Of a DNA stretch of 64,000 nucleotides, positions 56,998 to 64,000 are shown piece after piece. Both the position numbers and the translations under genes were made by a program. The notes under the pieces were generated by a model, which saw nothing but the letters and a program-made list of their open reading frames with translations, made no database searches and had not been told where the DNA came from. Numbering within the stretch: position 1 is the stretch's first letter; every line of letters starts with the position of its first letter. Source of the stretch: an uncultured Flavobacterium sp. GTDB lineage: Bacteria; Bacteroidota; Bacteroidia; Flavobacteriales; Flavobacteriaceae. The stretch is from NCBI GenBank assembly GCA_964413435.1, contig CAYPSB010000002.1, positions 9,189-73,188 of the forward strand, read 5' to 3'.

Positions 56998-57843
56998 TTA
57001 CGCTTCTGCAATAAAATCGGCAATTTTTTGGTACAACTCGTCGTTGTGCAAGCTGTGACCGAATCCGGCGGTTTCGATGTAGGTGGCGTTTTTCCAGTTT
57101 TGAGCGTACATTCTGCCTTCGTCAACAAGTATCACATTGTCGTGCAGGTCGTGAGCGATGATGGCTTTTTGATGAAACTGTTTTGCGAACAAGTGTCCCG
57201 AAAAATCGTTGATGTGGATGTTGAATTTCTCAAAATAGTAGCTTTCCAGCAGAGATTGAATCTTGGTGTTCAGACTCAAAAGGCGAATGAAGTTATCGCT
57301 TATTTTCTTGAAACTGGAAGGAGCGCCCAGTAAAACGATTTTTTCGACATGGTCGTTTGGGTACTTGTGTAAGTAGTAGGTGATGGCAGCCCCGCCTATG
57401 GAATGGCCGATCAGTGTTTTGGGTTTGTATTTTTGGGCCAAAACATGGATGAATTCGGCATATTTCGGGGTATTGAATTCCTTTCCATCCGTGAGGCCGT
57501 GAGCCGGTGCATCGATGGCGATGATGGTATTGGGAAGTTTTTTGAGATAAGGTAGTATTTTTTTCCAGCGCGAGGCGTTACTTTCCCATCCGTGTACTAA
57601 GAGTATGACCTCATTGTTGCCTTCCCATTTGTAGGCTTGTATGTTTTCGTTATTAAAGGTAAACGTTTCTTGGGTGCTGTTGCGTAAGGTTTTGGGCAGT
57701 TTGTTTTTGTGGAGTCTCCCTTTTCGGGGCTGACTGAAAAAACGATAGGCTATTGTTTTGGCCTTTTCGGCATTGACATAACTCAGGCAGTTGAGGTAAA
57801 GGCCAATGGATTTGGTGATGAAGAAGAGTTGTATTTTTTTCAT
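56998..57843 (-). CDS. alpha/beta-fold hydrolase
   Basis: 281 aa. HGWESN oxyanion region, nucleophile elbow IGHSIGG, late GFGHSLH. Confidence 0.8.
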   Translation of the reverse strand: MKKIQLFFITKSIGLYLNCLSYVNAEKAKTIAYRFFSQPRKGRLHKNKLPKTLRNSTQETFTFNNENIQAYKWEGNNEVILLVHGWESNASRWKKILPYLKKLPNTIIAIDAPAHGLTDGKEFNTPKYAEFIHVLAQKYKPKTLIGHSIGGAAITYYLHKYPNDHVEKIVLLGAPSSFKKISDNFIRLLSLNTKIQSLLESYYFEKFNIHINDFSGHLFAKQFHQKAIIAHDLHDNVILVDEGRMYAQNWKNATYIETAGFGHSLHNDELYQKIADFIAEA

Positions 57844-57876
57844 AAAAAAATCCCGAACGAGTCGGGATTCATGATA

Positions 57877-58656
57877 TTATAAGTGAGCAAATAATTGTTT
57901 CATTTTTTCTCTTTCTTCTTCGGCCAGAGCTGCATCGACTAAAATTCTTCCTGAATGCTCATCGGTGATGATTTTTTTGCGGGCAGCAATTTCAACCTGA
58001 GTTTGTGGCGGAATGGTAAAGAACGAACCGGCAGAAGCACCACGCTCAATAGATACTACGGCTAAACCGTTGCGAACGCTTGAACGGATTCTTTTGTAGG
58101 CTGCTAATAAACGGGGTTCGATTTGGGCTTCATATTCAGCTGATTTTTCCATCAAGAAGTTTTCTTCTTTTTGAGTTTCGGCCATGATATCATTCAATTC
58201 GGCTTTTTTGTGTTTTAAGTGAGCTGTTTTTTGGTCTAATTTTTCTTTAGAATTTGAGATTACTTCTTTCTTGTGTTCGATAGAAGCTTTTAATTCTTTG
58301 ATTTGTTTTTCAGCCAATTGGATTTCCAATTCCTGAAATTCTATTTCTTTGGATAGTGAGTTGAACTCTCTGTTGTTGCGAACATTTTTTTGTTGCTCGC
58401 TGTATTTTTTAATTGCGGCTTGGTGCTCCTCGATGGCATTTTTTTTGGTCTTGATTTGCTCTTCAATCGCAACTAAGTCGCTTTTTAATTTATCTAAACG
58501 AGTGCTTAAACCGGTAACTTCATCTTCTAAATCTTCTACTTCTAAAGGTAATTCTCCTCTAACGTTTCTGATTTCATCAATTCTGGTATCTATGATTTGT
58601 AAGTCGTAGATAGCTCTCAATTTGTCTTCAACACTTAGTTCTTTTACTGTCGCCAT
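57877..58656 (-). CDS. COG1579/DUF164-family coiled-coil protein (zinc-ribbon cysteines absent)
   Basis: 259 aa. Long coiled coil. The C-terminal ...RGASAGSFFTIPPQ...IITDEHSGRILV aligns by eye to the C4 zinc ribbon of the family, but the protein contains no Cys. Confidence 0.8.
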   Translation of the reverse strand: MATVKELSVEDKLRAIYDLQIIDTRIDEIRNVRGELPLEVEDLEDEVTGLSTRLDKLKSDLVAIEEQIKTKKNAIEEHQAAIKKYSEQQKNVRNNREFNSLSKEIEFQELEIQLAEKQIKELKASIEHKKEVISNSKEKLDQKTAHLKHKKAELNDIMAETQKEENFLMEKSAEYEAQIEPRLLAAYKRIRSSVRNGLAVVSIERGASAGSFFTIPPQTQVEIAARKKIITDEHSGRILVDAALAEEEREKMKQLFAHL

Positions 58657-58659
58657 ATT

Positions 58660-59754
58660 TTATAAGTACTTAACGGGATTTGTATTTTCTTCCGAAAAAA
58701 TGATGGCAAAATTAAGGATTTTTTTCTTAAGAAAATCAACAATGTAATTTTTTGTAAATCTTTCACTTTCAAAGTGCCCAATGTCGGCTAAAACCAATTG
58801 ATTTTCAGATTCGTAAAAGTTATGGTACTTCAAATCAGCGGTTAAAAAGATGTCGGCTCCGGCTTGTTTGGCATTGCTGATGGCGAAACTTCCCGAACCG
58901 CCAAGTACGGCCACTTTCTTCACGGTTTTACCCAATAAAGCACTGTGTCGGATGCCGCCGCATTGCATTTTATTTTTGACAAAAGTTAAAAAATCAGATT
59001 CAGGCATAGGGGTTTCGAGCTCGCCAATCATGCCTAATCCTATGTTTTGATGTGCATTTTGCAAATCGTAAATCTCATAAGCTACTTCTTCATATGCGTG
59101 GTTGGCAAACAAGGCTTTCAGAATTTTGCTTTGCAAGTGCTTTTCAAATGTTACTTCGATTTTGATTTCTTCGTTTTCAACAAATTCAAAGCGCTCTCCA
59201 ACTTGGGGATTGCTGTCTTCGTTGCCCATATAGGTTCCGATGCCTTTGGAGTTGAAACTGCAATCCTCATAGTTGCCTATTTTTCCGGCTCCGGCATCAA
59301 ATAAAGCATTGCGCAGTTCTTCCACATTTTCAGGAATGGTGTAGGTTACTAGTTTTTGAATGTAATTTTTTTTCGGAATTAAAATTTTGGTATTGACCAA
59401 TCCTAAAGCATCGCAGAAGATTTTGTTGACTCCTTGTTTATGATTGTCTAAAGCCGTGTGTACCGCATAGATAGCGATGTCGTTTTTGATCGCTTTGAGT
59501 ACGGCCCGTTCCACATAATTTTTACCGGTTATTTTCTTCAAACCCGAAAAAAGAATGGGGTGGAAGCATACTACCAAATTACAGTTTTTAGTGATGGCTT
59601 CTTCGATTACACTTTCCAAAGCGTCGTGGCATACGAGTATTCCGGTGGCTTCGGCATTGGCATCGCCCACCAACAATCCTACATTGTCAAAATCTTCGGC
59701 ATAAGCCAACGGAGCCATTTCTTCGAGTATATTGAGTATTTCTTTTATTTTCAT
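58660..59754 (-). CDS. Nif3-like dinuclear metal centre protein
   Basis: 364 aa. AEDFDNVGLLVG, VCFHPILF, AIYAVHTALD and IGHFESE motifs, with the PII-like insert form. Confidence 0.88.
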   Translation of the reverse strand: MKIKEILNILEEMAPLAYAEDFDNVGLLVGDANAEATGILVCHDALESVIEEAITKNCNLVVCFHPILFSGLKKITGKNYVERAVLKAIKNDIAIYAVHTALDNHKQGVNKIFCDALGLVNTKILIPKKNYIQKLVTYTIPENVEELRNALFDAGAGKIGNYEDCSFNSKGIGTYMGNEDSNPQVGERFEFVENEEIKIEVTFEKHLQSKILKALFANHAYEEVAYEIYDLQNAHQNIGLGMIGELETPMPESDFLTFVKNKMQCGGIRHSALLGKTVKKVAVLGGSGSFAISNAKQAGADIFLTADLKYHNFYESENQLVLADIGHFESERFTKNYIVDFLKKKILNFAIIFSEENTNPVKYL

Positions 59755-59776
59755 GAGTTATATGTACAGTTTTCGG

Positions 59777-60346
59777 TTAGGTAGCCCATTCGTTTAAATA
59801 TTCTTTAATAGTCCACACGCCGTTTACTTTTTCAAACAACAAATAACTGCCGCTGTTATGCTCTATGTTTCGGTAAAAGGCAACTTTCACCAAAGCAAAA
59901 TTGCTGTTGTCAAAATAAATGGGTTTACTCACAATCATCAGACGTTGATTGTTCAGCCCGAAACGGTCGGATACAATTTTGTATTCTTCAAACGACAGGC
60001 AGGCGTTGACTTTGCTCTTCAAATACTGATTCTGATTATCGAACAAGATGTTGTATTCTTTTGACCAATTTTCATCAATGGTGATGTCGATTTGTTTCTT
60101 GATTTCAGCAGAGTTTTTTTTCAGAATATCGCTCTTGGAAATTACTTCGAGTACTTCTTCGTTATTGGGTGCTTTTTTGCAGTAAAAACTCAGCAGTTGC
60201 AGTCGCTCTTTGGCAATGACTTTTTCGTTTTTATAATATTTGGTAAAAATGATTTTCAAAAGAACAGCATTGTCTGATTCTTGCGAAAAGACGGCAGGAG
60301 AAGCCAGCAGCAGGATAAAAAGGATTTTTATTAAAGAGGTTCTCAT
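59777..60346 (-). CDS. hypothetical secreted protein
   Basis: ATG at 60346 gives signal peptide MRTSLIKILFILLLASPAVFSQ. The track start 60379 adds 11 non-signal residues. Confidence 0.6.
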   Translation of the reverse strand: MRTSLIKILFILLLASPAVFSQESDNAVLLKIIFTKYYKNEKVIAKERLQLLSFYCKKAPNNEEVLEVISKSDILKKNSAEIKKQIDITIDENWSKEYNILFDNQNQYLKSKVNACLSFEEYKIVSDRFGLNNQRLMIVSKPIYFDNSNFALVKVAFYRNIEHNSGSYLLFEKVNGVWTIKEYLNEWAT

Positions 60347-60405
60347 CAATGCAGTTGAAATCGAATAATTTTCATTCAAAGATAAAAAATCGTTACTTTC
60401 GTGCT

Positions 60406-61425
60406 ATGATTTTGTTGCGAAAATTACTTTTTCCTTTTGCCATTTTGTATGGCTTTGTTACCGCTCTGAGAAATTATCTTTACGATAAGGGGATTTTTAA
60501 ATCCTATACTTTTGATATTCCGGTGATTGTTGTTGGAAATTTGAGTGTCGGAGGTACCGGAAAAACACCACAGATTGAGTATTTAATTCGGTTGCTTTCG
60601 CCCCAATATAAGGTCGCGACTTTGAGCAGAGGATACAAAAGAAAATCAGTTGGTTTTGTTTTGGCCGATGAAACCGCTACTGCCGAAATGCTGGGCGATG
60701 AACCGTTTCAGTATTTTCAAAAATTCCCTCATATTCAGGTGGCTGTTGATGCTGACCGTCGTAACGGAATAACGCAACTGTTGAATCAAAAAGAGAAACC
60801 CGAAGTCATTTTATTAGACGATGCTTACCAACACCGCAGAGTGAAAGCCGGATTTTATATTTTATTGACTGCATACGACGATTTATTTTGTGATGACTTT
60901 ATGCTTCCAACCGGAAACCTTCGCGAAGGCAGAAGCGGTGCCAATAGAGCCGATATGATAATTGTCACAAAATGTCCGCCCGAAATTACGCAACTTGCGC
61001 AGGAAAACATCCGAAAGAGGATAGGTTTTGATGTGCCGTTATTTTTCAGTTGTATTGAATATGACGAGAAAGTTTACAATCAAAAAGAGAGTTTAGAGGT
61101 AAGCGAATTAAAATCCGCAGCAAAAGTTTTAGTAGCCGGAATCGCCAAGCCACAACCTTTTTTTGAATATTTAAAATCTCAAAATGATGATGTTATGGTT
61201 TTTCCTGATCACCATTATTTTAGCGAAAACGATATTTTAAACATAAAAAATAAAGCAGGCGACAAAATTATTGTTACAACCGAAAAGGATTTTGTACGTT
61301 TGCAGGCTGTCATTTTGAAAGCGCAATTATATTATTTACCTATCAAAAGTAAATTGATTTCGAATCGGGAAACTTTTGACCAAATTATTTTAGATTATGT
61401 GGGAACTTGTTCAGGAAACCGTTAA
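60406..61425 (+). CDS. lpxK: tetraacyldisaccharide 4'-kinase
   Basis: ATG at 60406 (MILLRKLLFPFAILYG). P-loop GNLSVGGTGKTP and LDDAYQHR. Confidence 0.88.
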   Translation: MILLRKLLFPFAILYGFVTALRNYLYDKGIFKSYTFDIPVIVVGNLSVGGTGKTPQIEYLIRLLSPQYKVATLSRGYKRKSVGFVLADETATAEMLGDEPFQYFQKFPHIQVAVDADRRNGITQLLNQKEKPEVILLDDAYQHRRVKAGFYILLTAYDDLFCDDFMLPTGNLREGRSGANRADMIIVTKCPPEITQLAQENIRKRIGFDVPLFFSCIEYDEKVYNQKESLEVSELKSAAKVLVAGIAKPQPFFEYLKSQNDDVMVFPDHHYFSENDILNIKNKAGDKIIVTTEKDFVRLQAVILKAQLYYLPIKSKLISNRETFDQIILDYVGTCSGNR

Positions 61426-62209
61426 CTATATTAAAAAAACAACCAACTTCACACCTGAGTACGGTGTTATTTTAGGCTCGGGCTTAGGAAGTTTTACCAA
61501 CGATATAAAAATCGAATACACATTACCGTATAGCGAGATTCCTAACTTTCCGGTTTCTACGGTAGAAGGTCACAAAGGGGCTTTGGTATTTGGTACTATC
61601 GGCGATAAAAAAGTGGTGGCCATGCAAGGAAGATTTCATTATTATGAAGGATATTCTATGCAGGAAGTTACGTTTCCGGTTCGTGTCATGAAGTACATCG
61701 GAGTGAATAAATTGATTGTTTCCAATGCTTCGGGTGGAGTGAATCCGAATTACAAAGTGGGTTCTATAGTAGTGATAAATGACCATGTCAACATGATGCC
61801 TGAACATCCGTTGAGAGGAAAAAATGATGAGCGTTTCGGACCTCGATTCGTTAACATGAGCGAGCCTTACAGCGTTAAAATGATTGCAAAAGTGAAAGAA
61901 ATAGCGGCTTCATCTGACATTGAAGTGTTGGATGGTGTATATATGGGATTGCAGGGACCTACTTTTGAAACCTTACACGAATACAAAATGGTAAAAACCA
62001 TAGGAGCCGATTGTGTAGGAATGTCAACTGTTCCTGAAGTAATTGTTGCCCGTCATATGGAGTTGGAAACCTTTGGTATTTCCGTTATTACAGACATTGG
62101 CAGCGAAGAGCACTTGGAGTCGATTACCCACGAAGAAGTATTGAAAGCCGCTCAGGCAGCTGAACCTCACGTGAGACATCTGATTAAAGAGTTGATACTG
62201 CAGTACTAA
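61397..62209 (+). CDS. purine nucleoside phosphorylase (PNP family, inosine/guanosine type)
   Basis: 270 aa with GRFHYYEGY, SNASGG and GMSTVPE motifs. Overlaps the lpxK end by 29 nt. Confidence 0.88.
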   Translation: MWELVQETVNYIKKTTNFTPEYGVILGSGLGSFTNDIKIEYTLPYSEIPNFPVSTVEGHKGALVFGTIGDKKVVAMQGRFHYYEGYSMQEVTFPVRVMKYIGVNKLIVSNASGGVNPNYKVGSIVVINDHVNMMPEHPLRGKNDERFGPRFVNMSEPYSVKMIAKVKEIAASSDIEVLDGVYMGLQGPTFETLHEYKMVKTIGADCVGMSTVPEVIVARHMELETFGISVITDIGSEEHLESITHEEVLKAAQAAEPHVRHLIKELILQY

Positions 62210-64000
62210 GTCAAATTTTGGGCAATCACCCGATAAAAATTTTCCGGATCAAAAGGTTTGGTGATGACATCTGTCATGCCGAACGATAACAGCATTTCCC
62301 GATTTTCATTGAGTGAAATAGCGGTCAGTGCTATGATTGGTTTTTTCGAGTCAAATTCGCGGATGTGTTGAGTGGCAATGGTACCGTTAATACCCGGTAA
62401 ATGTACATCCATTAGTACCAAATCAAAATCATTCTCGGTTTTAAGCAATTCGATTGACTCTTCACCATTGTCGATGATTTTGCATTTCATGCCTTTGTTC
62501 TCGAGCATTTTTTTGGTAACCATTTGGTTGATTTTGTTGTCTTCTACCACCAATATGTATTTGTCTTTGAGTACTTCTTCTGAATAGAATTTAGGTTTTT
62601 CGATCATGATTTGTTGTTCGCCACGCAACAAGTTTAATTCAAATTCAAAGGTAGTTCCAACACCTACTTCGCTTGTCAGGGTGATTTCGCCTCCCAATAA
62701 ATCAACCAGTTTTTTGACAATGGTCAATCCTAATCCGGTACCGCCGTATTTGCGGTTGATTTCAATAGAACCCTGCGAAAAACTGTCGAAAATGGTCTCT
62801 TGTTTTTCTTCCGGAATGCCGATACCCGTATCGCTCACAGCAAACTTGATTCTCGAGAAATCCTCTCCACTTTCTATACATTTGGCTGTAACGACTACTC
62901 TTCCGTCTTTGGTAAATTTCAGAGCATTATTGATAAGATTGATGAAGATTTGGGACAGTTTGGTAGGGTCGCCCAATAACATGTCAGGTACTTTTTCATC
63001 TATATCCAAAATAAATTCATTGTTATTTTTGGAAGCGATTTCATGCATTGAATGTTGAATGTCGAGGAGCAATTGCTTGATGTTAAAATTGATGTATTCA
63101 ATTTCGATATTATTAGACTCAATGCGGTTGATTTCGAGAATTTCGTTTATGAAAGTCAACAGGTAATTCCCGGAAAATTTCAAGGAATTCAGGTAGTGCA
63201 GTTGTTTCTTCTTGGGTTTGTCTTCCAACAATAAATGGGTGATTCCGTTTATGGCATTGAGCGGAGTACGGAGTTCATGACTAACCGTGGATAGGAATTC
63301 GGCTCTGGCTTTGGAGGCTTTTTCGGCCTTTTCTTTGGCAATTTGTAATTCTAAATTTTTCTCTTTAAGGAGAATGTTTGATTGGTTTCGGATGATGTTA
63401 TTCTTATACAGCGATAAACTCAATAACGACAAAATTGAGATTAAAGCGATGGCTAACACACTGATGAGTTTGGCAAACTTGTTGGTTTTTTGCTGGACTT
63501 CATTTTCACGAGTCATGATTTCCAACGCTTTCAGACGTTCGCTTTCTTTGAAATCGGCATAGTCGTTTGAATCCAGTTTTTTGTTGTTGAGTTGCATCAA
63601 ACTGTCCTTTAGTTTGACGTGTTCTTTTAAGTAGGCATATGATTTTTTAACATCTAAAAGTTTGTCATAAACCGTGCTCAGCTCCAACAAAATTTTTGTT
63701 TTTTGATCCAGATTTTTGTCTTGGGTATTGAGTTCTAAGGCTCTGTTGAGGTAGTTGGCGGCCAAATTGTTGTGGTTCAAATTCTGCTCAATGCAGCCTA
63801 GTTGATACAAAGCTTCTGCTCTGGTTTTGAATACTTCTTTTGAATCGTTTTTAGAGGCGATTTCCGTTAACAATCGCACGGCTAATTCTGTTTTACCTTT
63901 GTTTTTATACAATATGGCTTTTTGTAAATTCAAAAAACCGGAAGCATCAATCTTCAGAGAATCATAAATGGATTGCGCTTTTTCAAAATTGTTTTCGGCT
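62206..64000 (-). CDS. hybrid sensor histidine kinase/response regulator with N-terminal TPR region (5'-partial)
   Basis: The frame stays open to nt 64000 (AENNFEKAQSIYDSLKIDASGF precedes the track TTG). H-box SHELRTPLNAI, HATPase (DTGIGIP, GTGLGL), REC (LVVEDNKINQ...DLVLMDVHLPG). Confidence 0.88.
   Translation of the reverse strand, partial: AENNFEKAQSIYDSLKIDASGFLNLQKAILYKNKGKTELAVRLLTEIASKNDSKEVFKTRAEALYQLGCIEQNLNHNNLAANYLNRALELNTQDKNLDQKTKILLELSTVYDKLLDVKKSYAYLKEHVKLKDSLMQLNNKKLDSNDYADFKESERLKALEIMTRENEVQQKTNKFAKLISVLAIALISILSLLSLSLYKNNIIRNQSNILLKEKNLELQIAKEKAEKASKARAEFLSTVSHELRTPLNAINGITHLLLEDKPKKKQLHYLNSLKFSGNYLLTFINEILEINRIESNNIEIEYINFNIKQLLLDIQHSMHEIASKNNNEFILDIDEKVPDMLLGDPTKLSQIFINLINNALKFTKDGRVVVTAKCIESGEDFSRIKFAVSDTGIGIPEEKQETIFDSFSQGSIEINRKYGGTGLGLTIVKKLVDLLGGEITLTSEVGVGTTFEFELNLLRGEQQIMIEKPKFYSEEVLKDKYILVVEDNKINQMVTKKMLENKGMKCKIIDNGEESIELLKTENDFDLVLMDVHLPGINGTIATQHIREFDSKKPIIALTAISLNENREMLLSFGMTDVITKPFDPENFYRVIAQNLT

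Noticed and set aside
56854-57333. A 159-aa plus-strand ORF spanning the cphA upstream spacer and the end of the alpha/beta hydrolase gene.
   Set aside because: Its first part is translated from the GC-rich intergenic island. The rest is antisense to a hydrolase CDS with clear catalytic motifs. The protein is not plausible.
56998-57843. The alpha/beta hydrolase upstream of cphA as the missing cyanophycinase.
   Set aside because: Known cyanophycinases are S51 serine peptidases, not GxSxG alpha/beta hydrolases. The gene is separated from cphA by 317 bp. This is pure speculation, mentioned only within the cphA finding.
62206-62209. Short overlaps of convergent gene ends (PNP/histidine kinase at 62206-62209; the 3964-3967 pair; the 24948-24951 pair).
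   Set aside because: Overlaps of a few nt between convergent stops are common in compact genomes and need no special explanation.

Overview
This 64-kb window reads as densely packed core chromosome of a Flavobacteriia member (Bacteroidota, Flavobacterium-like). The lineage call rests on three things. TAnnTTTG -7 promoter boxes sit 15-45 nt upstream of many start codons. Lineage-typical genes are present: DUF1573, DUF3276/PUR-like, DUF1599 next to folP, a long NusB, a fused E1 alpha/beta dehydrogenase, and a cyclophilin-FKBP fusion. Intergenic DNA is AT-rich with AATT-type heptad repeats. I support about 64 CDS, most of them housekeeping, for example purM, tpiA, folP, asnB, gyrB, rplS, uvrA, glmM, lpxK and a PNP gene. 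I saw no rRNA, tRNA, CRISPR array, transposase, integrase or phage gene. No recognisable defence system is present.

Candidates for something undescribed, best first:
1. 36159-41292(-): a translationally coupled three-gene unit. It encodes an AlgI/DltB-type MBOAT, a membrane-anchored SGNH/DltD-like protein, and a 937-aa secreted protein. The 937-aa protein looks like an M1-peptidase scaffold without any HExxH, fused to an Omp85-like C-terminal barrel.
2. 53093-56680(-): an orphan cyanophycin synthetase with no cyanophycinase or isoaspartyl dipeptidase nearby. It is followed 45 bp later by a class I SAM methyltransferase.
3. 31283-31400: a six-unit 19-20 bp tandem array, each unit holding a 13-bp imperfect palindrome, upstream of a YdeI-like gene.
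4. Three tandem double-OmpA-domain genes in which the peptidoglycan-binding GHTD motif is replaced by GHxCC.
5. A recurrent period-7 (AATTnnn) intergenic repeat family that builds terminator arms and even encodes one protein C-terminus.

All calls are by eye from the sequence and the ORF track. No database search or folding computation was run. Family assignments come from remembered motifs.
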